Shown: positions 8,555 through 16,329 of the stretch, in pieces
How the letters are laid out: each line of letters starts with the position of its first letter
How positions within the stretch are numbered: the first letter of the stretch is position 1
Assembly (NCBI GenBank): GCA_964509635.1
Contig: CAZDYN010000001.1
Coordinates: forward strand, 1 to 34,743
Length of the DNA stretch: 34,743 nucleotides
Direction: 5' to 3'
DNA from: an uncultured Nitrosomonas sp.
GTDB lineage: Bacteria; Pseudomonadota; Gammaproteobacteria; Burkholderiales; Nitrosomonadaceae
The notes under the pieces: model-generated
Seen by the model: the letters and a program-made list of their open reading frames with translations, nothing else
Database searches by the model: none
Told to the model about the DNA's origin: nothing
Translations under genes and position numbers: made by a program

Positions 8555-8636
8555 GCTTGGTGCAAAATGTCTTGTATGCACCGTCGACCAAGTCGTGTCC
8601 GGCGCGTCCCCATTACCCCAGTAATTGACGCATCAA

Positions 8637-10181
8637 ATGACATCAAGCAATCTTTCTTCAACGCCAACCCGTGCAGCCCAGTACGTCCGAATGTCGACCG
8701 AACACCAGCAATATTCCACGGCGAACCAGGAGGACGCGATTCGCGAGTACGCTGCCCACCGGGGTTACGTGATAGTTCGGACGTACGCGGACGCCGGTAA
8801 AAGTGGATTGAACGTCGCCGGTCGGGAACAACTGCGGCGACTGATCGAAGACGTACAAACCGGACAGGCCGACTTTCAAGCAATACTCGTCTACGACATT
8901 AGTCGGTGGGGACGGTTTCAGGACGCAGACGAAAGCGCGTACTACGAGTATCTCTGCAAGCGAGCAGGGATTGAAGTTCATTATTGCGCCGAACAGTTTG
9001 AGAACGACGGAGGACCGACGTCGACGATCATCAAGAGCGTGAAACGCGCGATGGCAGGAGAATACAGTCGCGAGCTCTCGTCAAAGGTGTTCAAAGGCCA
9101 ATGCCGCTTGATTGAACTGGGCTATCGACAAGGTGGTATGGCTGGGTTTGGTTTGCGGCGAATGTTGATCAACCAGTCGGGCGACGAGAAGGGGGTGTTG
9201 GGTATCGGTGAACACAAGAGCCTTCAGACGGATCGCGTGATCCTGGTTCCTGGCCCAGACGAAGAACTCCGGGTTGTTCGGTGGATTTACGATCAGTTCA
9301 CCAAAGGCAAACGCGAGGCCGAGATTGCGGCCATGCTGAACTCTCAAGGGATTCGGACCGATTTAGGGCGAGATTGGAATCGAGGGACAGTTCATCAGGT
9401 CCTGACGAATGAGAAATACATCGGCAACAACGTCTATAACCGTACTTCGTTCAAGCTCAAGAAAAAACATGTTGTCAATACGCCGGAGATGTGGGTTCGG
9501 TCAGACGATGCCTTCACTCCGATCGTCTCCTCTGAGGCATTTTTCACAGCACGCGGGATTATCCAGGAGCGTGCCCGGCGGCTCACGGACGAGGAAATGC
9601 TGGCGCGATTGAAGCTCCTGATCCAACGGCATTCGCAATTGTCGAGCCATCTCATCGATTCGGCTGATGATGTCCCATCCAGCGCAGCGTACCGTTCGCG
9701 ATTTGGCAGCCTGTTGCAGGCATATCGGCGCGCTGGATACGAACCGGAGCGAGATTTTCGGTATGTCGAAATCAATCGCGATTTGCGGGCTTTGTACCCG
9801 CGCCTCGTTGCCGATGTCATGCAACGGCTCGATGCCGTTGGTGCGAAAGTCACACAAGACGCCAACAGCGATCTTCTCTTGATCAACGGTGAATTCAGCG
9901 CCTCGATGGTTCTGTCTCGCTGTCGAGAGACTTCAGCAGGCTCGCTTCGATGGCTGATCCAGATCAACCGTCGTCTGTCACCCGATATCACCATCCTAGT
10001 GCGAATGGACGCCGTCAATGCCAAGCCAACGGATTACTACCTGTTACCGATTATGGACATTGAATCGCCCCGTTTGTTGCTCTGCGAAACGAATGGGGCA
10101 CATCTCGACACGTACCAGTTCGACAATCTGGATTATCTGGCCGAACTGGCAACACGAACCAAGCTGGAGGATGTTGCATGA
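8637..10181 (+). CDS. Large serine recombinase (resolvase plus recombinase domains)
   Basis: Catalytic YVRMST, DAGKSG, LVYDISRWGR and VLTNEKYIG motifs. Start uncertain (8625 TTG or 8637 ATG). Confidence 0.92.
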   Translation: MTSSNLSSTPTRAAQYVRMSTEHQQYSTANQEDAIREYAAHRGYVIVRTYADAGKSGLNVAGREQLRRLIEDVQTGQADFQAILVYDISRWGRFQDADESAYYEYLCKRAGIEVHYCAEQFENDGGPTSTIIKSVKRAMAGEYSRELSSKVFKGQCRLIELGYRQGGMAGFGLRRMLINQSGDEKGVLGIGEHKSLQTDRVILVPGPDEELRVVRWIYDQFTKGKREAEIAAMLNSQGIRTDLGRDWNRGTVHQVLTNEKYIGNNVYNRTSFKLKKKHVVNTPEMWVRSDDAFTPIVSSEAFFTARGIIQERARRLTDEEMLARLKLLIQRHSQLSSHLIDSADDVPSSAAYRSRFGSLLQAYRRAGYEPERDFRYVEINRDLRALYPRLVADVMQRLDAVGAKVTQDANSDLLLINGEFSASMVLSRCRETSAGSLRWLIQINRRLSPDITILVRMDAVNAKPTDYYLLPIMDIESPRLLLCETNGAHLDTYQFDNLDYLAELATRTKLEDVA

Positions 10182-11074
10182 GCTCCAAATTCGATCCAAA
10201 AGTCCGAATGATTCCCGTTTCACAAATCAATATCTTGAACCCACGCGGGCGCGGGAAAAAGAAATTCGCGCAAATTGTTGCCAATATCGCAAACCTTGGG
10301 CTGAAGAAGCCAATTACGGTGTCGCATGTGAGCGGGAGAAATGGTGATGCCCGGTACGATCTGGTCTGCGGGCAGGGGCGATTGGAAGCCTACATCGAAC
10401 TCGGACAAACCGAAATTCCCGCGATCGTGGTGGAGGGGACCAAGGAAGACCTGCTTTTGATGAGTCTGGCCGAGAACCTGGCCCGCCGACAACATACCTC
10501 CGTCGAACTCGTTCGGGAGATCAGTTCATTGAAGGAACGCGGCTATTCCCATACAGAAATCGCCCGGAAGACTGATTTGGACGTGACCTACGTCAAAGGT
10601 GTCCTGCAACTGCTGGCCAAGGGGGAAGAGCGATTGCTTCAAGCAGTCGAAAAGGGGCAGTTACCCCTTTACATCGCAATCACGATAGCAACATCGGATG
10701 ACAAGTCGGTGCAACGTGCGCTTCAAGAAGCGTACGAACGGAACGACTTGCGAGGAAAATCTCTAATCCGAGCGCGGCGACTGATCGAGAATCGACGCTC
10801 AAAGGGAAAGAAGCCACGCAGTGCCCCTCGCCAGCCCCCTGGCCCGCCGGTTTCGACCGAAGAACTGCTGAAGATATTTCAGAATGAAACCCTCAAGCAG
10901 AAAATGACCATTCAAAAGGCCAAAATCTGCGAAACACGTTTGCTTTTCGCTGTGTCGGCGCTGAAGCAGCTGATGCACGACGACCATTTTCGCACTCTGC
11001 TCCGAGCCGAGCACCTGGACACACTTCCGCAATACTTGGCCGAACAATTTGGAGGCTCCGCCTTATCATCATGA
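10178..11074 (+). CDS. ParB/RepB-like protein (ParB N-terminal domain plus HTH / RepB-like C-terminus)
   Basis: NPRGR, GLKKPITV, LVCGQGRLEA and SLAENLARR; ATGA overlap with the recombinase. Confidence 0.85.
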   Translation: MSSKFDPKVRMIPVSQINILNPRGRGKKKFAQIVANIANLGLKKPITVSHVSGRNGDARYDLVCGQGRLEAYIELGQTEIPAIVVEGTKEDLLLMSLAENLARRQHTSVELVREISSLKERGYSHTEIARKTDLDVTYVKGVLQLLAKGEERLLQAVEKGQLPLYIAITIATSDDKSVQRALQEAYERNDLRGKSLIRARRLIENRRSKGKKPRSAPRQPPGPPVSTEELLKIFQNETLKQKMTIQKAKICETRLLFAVSALKQLMHDDHFRTLLRAEHLDTLPQYLAEQFGGSALSS

Positions 11075-11991
11075 GCAGCAAACTACGCTTGGCTTGTGGC
11101 ACGGAGGTCATGGTCCTACCACTTCAGAAGATTCTCCCTTTGCGGCGCTTGGATGACGGCATCCGCAAGACGTCGAAGTTCAAGTGCATCGAAGCGTCGA
11201 TTCGGGAGCTAGGGTTGATCGAGCCGCTCGTCGTTTTTCCGCAGGCCGACTCCGATGGCTGTTACATGCTACTGGATGGGAACGTCCGTTACTTGATTCT
11301 CAAATCGATGGGGGAACCGTCTGCCAAATGCCTCGTTGCGACTGACGACGAAGGGTTTACGTACAACCACAAAATCAATCGGCTTTCCGCCATTCAAGAA
11401 CACTTCATGATCCTGCGGGCTATCAAGAATGGCGTCTCGGAAGCCCGCATCGCCCGATCCCTGGACGTGGATGTCAACACGATCCGCCAGAAACGAGACA
11501 TGCTCGATGGAATCTGCGCCGAAGTCGTGCAAATCCTGAAAGATCGCCGTGCAACCAGCAAGACTTTTCGGCAACTGCGGCGATTGAAGCCAATCCGCCA
11601 GATTGAAGTGGCCGAGCTTATTTGCGCAGCCGGCAATTACTCCGAGGGTTATGTCAAGTGTCTTGTGGCGGCAACCCCACCGGAGCAACTCGTTGCTGAA
11701 GATCGGCCGAAGGAAAAACGCGGGCTGTCTCCGGAGGATGTGGACCGGATGGAACACGAGATGGAAACGCTCGGTCGCGAATTCAAGTTGATTGAAGAAT
11801 CGCACGGGAAGAACGTACTGAACTTGGTGATCGTGAACGGTTACCTCAAGAAACTCCTCGACAATGCCCGCGTCGTCCGGTTTCTGTCCCAGAACTACCC
11901 TGAGATCCTTGCTGAGTTCCAAAAGTTGATTGAGGCCCGCAATCTTCAGGACGCGACCGGCAACGACCTGGCCGGTTCTCAGTCTCAGTAA
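11071..11991 (+). CDS. Second ParB/RepB-like protein
   Basis: SIRELGLIEPLVV, LLDGNVRY, FTYNHKINRLSAIQEH and HTH GVSEARIARSLDV; ATGA overlap. Confidence 0.85.
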   Translation: MSSKLRLACGTEVMVLPLQKILPLRRLDDGIRKTSKFKCIEASIRELGLIEPLVVFPQADSDGCYMLLDGNVRYLILKSMGEPSAKCLVATDDEGFTYNHKINRLSAIQEHFMILRAIKNGVSEARIARSLDVDVNTIRQKRDMLDGICAEVVQILKDRRATSKTFRQLRRLKPIRQIEVAELICAAGNYSEGYVKCLVAATPPEQLVAEDRPKEKRGLSPEDVDRMEHEMETLGREFKLIEESHGKNVLNLVIVNGYLKKLLDNARVVRFLSQNYPEILAEFQKLIEARNLQDATGNDLAGSQSQ

Positions 11992-12091
11992 CCAGATAAT
12001 CGGCCGCCGGGATATGCCGCTCCTGCGGGGAATTTCTATCCGACTTGCAGCGTCAAAACGAACCCTCGTGAATTACCATCCGCTCGACGAA

Positions 12092-13144
12092 TCATTCGCG
12101 AGTAATGAGGTGGTCCACGGCCAGCTTTTTGAAACCATCCGTGTGATCTGGAACGACGAAGGAGTAAGCGATGTACTCCAATTGCGGAAAGGCCGTAAGT
12201 ACACGTTTGCATAATGCTTCGTGCTCATCACTCCACAGTTCCAAGCGTCCTCTGTTTTTGTGCTTTGAGGTCAGAATATGAATTCCAATGCTCGATCGTT
12301 TTGGTACACGAGCATTGTCGTACTTCGGGCGAAGCCCGGTGGAAGTACGCAGGATTTTACACAGGTTTTCTTGTACGGCAACGACTGCCAAAGCTCCACA
12401 AGTTGCCTGAAGCAGCGGACCGAGCAAGTCCTTTTCATCCGAGGCCCCCTTTACTTCAAGCACCGTTAGATAGCCATTCCGTCGGACCCCCAAGCCATCC
12501 GGTGCGATTCGGCTTTCGGCTTTCGGAAAGAACGGATTGTCTTTTGCGGAGATGGACAGCGTTAGCTCCATAGCCGCGAAGCTGAAGTCAGTTAATGGAT
12601 TTGCGGTGTTTACGAAGCACGCCTTTCCGCCCCGCCGCGAATTCTCAAGGAGCGCTGATTGCCAAATCTTTCCCGATCCATCCTTGAAGAGATTGGATGT
12701 GTCTTTGTGGTCGTAATGGTTGATTCTCTCGTCCTTGTGCTTGATCTTGCTGAAAAGTGACTTCCAGTATGCAAACAAGGCTTCGAGCTGTTTTGTTTCA
12801 CCGTCTTCCAGGGGCCCCTGGCATTGTAGTTTGAATATTGCTTGCAGCTTGTCCTTTTCATCTACCTGGACGAATCCGTCTCTAATGTTGAGTGCTTTGC
12901 TGAATTGGAACCAGAAACCCGTCCTGGTAACTGAAATTCGATTGAAACATGGGCTGGATTCGATTCGGCTGGCAGGAAGGGCAAGTAATGTCTCCGCTTC
13001 CTGTAAGCCTAACTCTTTCACGATTTCGCACCGGTCGAGCGTATACTCGCGAAGGTAGACCGTGTCTGCTCTTTTGCTCCAAAGCAGCCATGTGTTCTTG
13101 CGAACGGAGGGAAGGTAAACGAACTGTTTGGACGAACCTGCCAT
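12092..13144 (-). CDS. Putative PD-(D/E)XK nuclease-fold protein
   Basis: AMELTL...IAPDGLGV...LTVLEVKG...PLLQ motif order (E-PD-ExK-Q); ATG 13144 lies 7 nt after the MBL stop, with a GGAGG RBS. Confidence 0.6.
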   Translation of the reverse strand: MAGSSKQFVYLPSVRKNTWLLWSKRADTVYLREYTLDRCEIVKELGLQEAETLLALPASRIESSPCFNRISVTRTGFWFQFSKALNIRDGFVQVDEKDKLQAIFKLQCQGPLEDGETKQLEALFAYWKSLFSKIKHKDERINHYDHKDTSNLFKDGSGKIWQSALLENSRRGGKACFVNTANPLTDFSFAAMELTLSISAKDNPFFPKAESRIAPDGLGVRRNGYLTVLEVKGASDEKDLLGPLLQATCGALAVVAVQENLCKILRTSTGLRPKYDNARVPKRSSIGIHILTSKHKNRGRLELWSDEHEALCKRVLTAFPQLEYIAYSFVVPDHTDGFKKLAVDHLITRE

Positions 13145-13151
13145 AATCTGG

Positions 13152-14384
13152 TTACACCTCCCACCATTCGTGATCGTTCCGTGTTTCAACCTTGGGCGAC
13201 AATCGCCCAAAACCTTCCCGGTCTTCCAAGTGAATCGGCACAATTCGTGAATTCGGGAAGGCTGCCACGAACTGCTTCAACTCATCTTCGGTAGCGTGCC
13301 CTGACGTATGAACGTGATCATAGGCTATCCCGGCCGCTTTCATCGACTGGATGCAATCCATCGCCGTCTTCACCGTTCCTGACCAGAGTGATGTGACCAG
13401 CAACGCTGATTCCAGACAGTTGGCCCGCTTCAATTCCCTGAGCATACTAGGGCGGAAGATCATGACCGACTGTGACGCCGCTTCGGCGAGTGCCTCTGGG
13501 TAAATCCGGTGCGGGTAGTACGGCCTTGCGAAGTGGAATGCCTGTTCCCGTTTGATAAGCAAGCTCTGGCTGACTGGCGAATAAACCCGAACGCCGTCCC
13601 GCCCCGGCGAAGGCAAGGACGTGTCACCCGTTGCACGCATGAGCTCTGCTGTATAGATGTCAAAAATCAATTTCCGGCCGGAATTCCTGGTCGCCTCAAA
13701 CACGGTCGCCATGCGGTCGGTGTTTTGACTCGAACACCACACCAGGCACATCCCTTTCGCCGCATTGAACAATTCGGTCATTTTGTCCGCGACTGACTTT
13801 TCATCGCGGTATGTAAAATCTGGATCACGCCCAATTTGGGTCCCCTCGCAAATCAGCACGTCGATGTTTGGCGGCGGATCGCTGACAAGTTGATGAAACA
13901 AGTGGGCCTTGCGACCGTGGGCACGTAGGTCGCCTGAATAAAGCAGGCGCTTTCCATCGGCCTCAACCAGCAGGCAGTAGCTGTCATGAGCGGAGTGGTC
14001 AATTGCGATTGGCGTGATTGTGAATGTCCCCATGCTGATCGACTCACGGTCAGAATAGGCGCGAGGGCGAACTTGGCCGAGCGATGGAAGTGGGGTAAAG
14101 AACGCGCTGACTTCGATGATCTTGCGAGCAGCGTCACCCATAAAAACGGGGACTGATTGGGTGATCTGGTTTACCAGTCCGTAGTGGTCTGGATGCGGGT
14201 GGGAAATGAAAACGCCGAGCAAGCTGTTGTCTGATGAGGTCAAGCCGCTGATGTCAGGTACCGAGGCGGCGTTCTCGTCCTTCAACGGCAAGCCGAGGTC
14301 GAGAACGATTCGCTTACCTTGCGATTCGACCTCAATGCAGTTTCCGCCAATCTCATGACATCCACGGTGTACCCGACAACGCAT
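13152..14384 (-). CDS. Metallo-beta-lactamase fold beta-CASP (RNase J-like) hydrolase
   Basis: EIGGNC, VLDLG, HPHPDH (HxHxDH), DHSAHD, SGDLRAHG, CEGT, HTSGHA and VPIH motifs. Confidence 0.88.
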   Translation of the reverse strand: MRCRVHRGCHEIGGNCIEVESQGKRIVLDLGLPLKDENAASVPDISGLTSSDNSLLGVFISHPHPDHYGLVNQITQSVPVFMGDAARKIIEVSAFFTPLPSLGQVRPRAYSDRESISMGTFTITPIAIDHSAHDSYCLLVEADGKRLLYSGDLRAHGRKAHLFHQLVSDPPPNIDVLICEGTQIGRDPDFTYRDEKSVADKMTELFNAAKGMCLVWCSSQNTDRMATVFEATRNSGRKLIFDIYTAELMRATGDTSLPSPGRDGVRVYSPVSQSLLIKREQAFHFARPYYPHRIYPEALAEAASQSVMIFRPSMLRELKRANCLESALLVTSLWSGTVKTAMDCIQSMKAAGIAYDHVHTSGHATEDELKQFVAAFPNSRIVPIHLEDREGFGRLSPKVETRNDHEWWEV

Positions 14385-14434
14385 TTACGATTCGATCTCC
14401 TTGAATTGACTTCTGATCGTGTCTGTATCCGGCG

Positions 14435-14455
14435 GCAGGTTTTCAGAAAACTTGC
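14435..14455. promoter_or_regulatory. 21-bp near-perfect palindrome upstream of the MBL gene
   Basis: GCAGGTTTTC-A-GAAAACTTGC with one mismatch, about 50 bp before ATG 14384. Confidence 0.4.
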
Positions 14456-14505
14456 AGGCATCTTCCTCAAATAGCGGAAAGGTCACAACTTCCAACCATC
14501 TTTTC

Positions 14506-14530
14506 TCAAGTCGTGTTTCAAGTCGTGTTT
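14506..14530. repeat. Tandem 12-bp duplication TCAAGTCGTGTT x2
   Basis: Copies at 14506-14517 and 14518-14529; the second contains the stop codon of the 14518-14820 ORF. Confidence 0.85.
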
Positions 14531-14820
14531 ACCGTTGAGGAATCAAAACGCTGGGACGGCGGATCATCCAGAATCTTGAATGGGATCACGGGAAAACGAC
14601 AGTCCTGCACTGGGGTCGCTTCTTCCTCAACGGTGTGATCGGTGACTTCGACGAAGCTCTCGGTTCCGAATTCCCAAGGACTTCGCGCCTCATCGGCCAA
14701 GTCTTCCATAACCTGTCGATTTATGGTCGAACAACTCACTTCATCGGGGACTTCAATCACGAACGTCCGAGTTGCAGAACGGACCACGGTACCTATCAGC
14801 GTGACTGTCAATCGTTTCAT
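14518..14820 (-). CDS. Small acidic hypothetical protein (100 aa)
   Basis: MKRLTVTLIGTVVRSATRTFVIEVPDEV...; ATG lies 8 nt after the upstream stop. Confidence 0.55.
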   Translation of the reverse strand: MKRLTVTLIGTVVRSATRTFVIEVPDEVSCSTINRQVMEDLADEARSPWEFGTESFVEVTDHTVEEEATPVQDCRFPVIPFKILDDPPSQRFDSSTVNTT

Positions 14821-14828
14821 CGCTTCTC

Positions 14829-15284
14829 TCAACCGGGTAGGTTCTCCATCGCTTTCAGGATTTGACGATTCACAAGCTGGACGATGCGATGCTTGTTGAA
14901 CTCCCCACGAAGGGGGCCCCGGCGTTGCAGGACTTGCAGACGGAAAGTGATCCTCGCGGCCAGCAGTCCAGACAGGCCGGGGAACTGCGGCAGTGCCGAT
15001 ATCGGTTGGATTACCTTGAGGTGCAGCTGGCGTCCCGCGAATTGCGAAATCAACAACCACCAGCCTGGCATCAAGTCGCATTGAGACTCACCGCCGATCT
15101 GGCAGCACCACATTTGTACGGAACGATCATGGCCTTGCATGACAACCAGGCACCTCGACATTGTGATCGGGTAGAACGCCGATGAACCGGATTGATGACT
15201 TCGCGGCTGGATTACAAACGGAATGGCCAGCCCGGCCGCTAGAAATGTTCGACGTTCGATTGAAAAGCTCAGCGGATGGACCAA
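14829..15284 (-). CDS. Hypothetical protein with a possible Tat-like N-terminus
   Basis: TTG 15284 preceded by AAGGAG; ERRTFLAAGLAIPFV resembles a twin-arginine motif. Confidence 0.45.
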   Translation of the reverse strand: MVHPLSFSIERRTFLAAGLAIPFVIQPRSHQSGSSAFYPITMSRCLVVMQGHDRSVQMWCCQIGGESQCDLMPGWWLLISQFAGRQLHLKVIQPISALPQFPGLSGLLAARITFRLQVLQRRGPLRGEFNKHRIVQLVNRQILKAMENLPG

Positions 15285-15310
15285 TCGCCGCTCCTTGAAA
15301 AATGAAAAAG

Positions 15311-15439
15311 AGGTGAGTTCCCAGAGAGCATTGTGGTTTTCAATGGCCGTTCGGCAGCCGCAGTCGTTTTCCGGCATCTCGCCCGACCGTGCTGCCAGCC
15401 AACCCCATAGCGGGGTCTGCATCTCTCTGGGAACCACCT
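15311..15439 (-). ncRNA. Candidate structured RNA / leader with a multi-branch junction
   Basis: 17-bp closing stem (15311-15328 with 15423-15439, one bulge) encloses three hairpins. Three G-U wobbles work only on the minus strand, and a U-rich tract follows. Confidence 0.5.
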
Positions 15440-15664
15440 GTGGGCACAAAAACCCAGCCCTTAATACCCGCAGGAAGGCTCGCGAACTTTGATTTGGCCT
15501 GTGTCATTCTGATTCCAGGCATTTTGCTCGACGCAAGTCCTCAATCAGCGATCCGCGAAAATCGTCGCATCTCATTTCCTTCAAGGGCAGTTGTGGAGAT
15601 ACTCCGAAAGCTCAGAAAAACTTTCGACTTTTTTTCCAAGTGTCCTCATTGAGCTGGAAAGCCC

Positions 15665-15693
15665 AAACGACGAGCAAATCAGGCTCGTCGTTT
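15665..15693. other. Perfect 11-bp inverted repeat in the divergent intergenic region
   Basis: AAACGACGAGC-AAATCAG-GCTCGTCGTTT. Confidence 0.6.
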
Positions 15694-15880
15694 TGACGAC
15701 AACCTGTTTCCGTTCGATGAAATGGCCGTTTCCCCTGCTTAAAGAATTGGACGACTGCTGCTGTTCGACAGTGTTGCGGCACTGAACAGTCGAAGAAGTC
15801 TCGCACCGGTGTTCAAGGTATTCACCTCCCCAGAGACCAAACGATAACGTGTCGTAAACCCTTTTCGGATAGGCGGTTCC

Positions 15881-15909
15881 TTGACAAGTCTATCATGGCT
15901 GGATAGATG
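15881..15909 (+). promoter_or_regulatory. Putative sigma70 promoter of the defence operon with an overlapping operator
   Basis: Perfect TTGACA (15881-15886), 17-bp spacer, weak -10 TAGATG; inverted repeat TCTATC-N7-GATAGA at 15889-15907. Confidence 0.55.
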
Positions 15910-15937
15910 ATGGTTTACCGTTTTGAGGATGTACATT

Positions 15938-16258
15938 ATGCGTTACCAGCGTTCACTCGAAATCGAACAGCGACTTCAGGCCGTGCTGGAACTTATTCAG
16001 TCCGGCCGGTTCTCGACGCCGGGACTCGCCGAGGAAGTCGGGGTATCGATTCCGACGATTTCCCGATGTGTCGAAGCGTTGCGGGAGCGAGGGCACAAAA
16101 TTCGAGCCGTTCGAGGGGAGGATGGGTGGCGATATGTCCTTGAGCCGCCCGCTGGCAAGCGTGCAGAGCGGCTTCAGTTGCACAATCGCCACGATACGCC
16201 GAAACCCTCGAAACATACTGAGGGAGTCACCGAACAATGTGCGACGAGCGCGAAATGA
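15938..16258 (+). CDS. Winged HTH (HTH_11-like) transcriptional regulator
   Basis: RLQAVLELIQSGRFSTPGLAEEVGVSIPTISRCVEALRERGHKI...GWRYVL. Confidence 0.82.
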   Translation: MRYQRSLEIEQRLQAVLELIQSGRFSTPGLAEEVGVSIPTISRCVEALRERGHKIRAVRGEDGWRYVLEPPAGKRAERLQLHNRHDTPKPSKHTEGVTEQCATSAK

Positions 16259-16287
16259 AAACGTCAGCAAGCAGTCGTGTCGAATTG

Positions 16288-16318
16288 TCGCAGTGATGGG
16301 AATCGCAGTGATGGGAAT
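16288..16318 (+). repeat. Tandem 15-bp duplication TCGCAGTGATGGGAA x2
   Basis: Copies at 16288-16302 and 16303-16317, just before the helicase RBS. Confidence 0.9.
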
Positions 16319-16329
16319 ATGAGGGCCAA

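Noticed and set aside
10178..11991. repABC plasmid replicon
   Set aside because: No ParA/RepA ATPase or RepC initiator; both genes are ParB-like and coupled to a recombinase.
15311..15439. tRNA or tmRNA as an integration target
   Set aside because: Cloverleaf-like, but there is no TTCG T-loop, D-loop GG or CCA end, and the arm lengths do not fit.
15411..15480. GGGGT...TAATACCCGCAGGAAGG resembling a TPP riboswitch on the plus strand
   Set aside because: Lacks the CTGAGA and ACCTGA core, the P5 stem cannot pair, and no thiamine genes follow.
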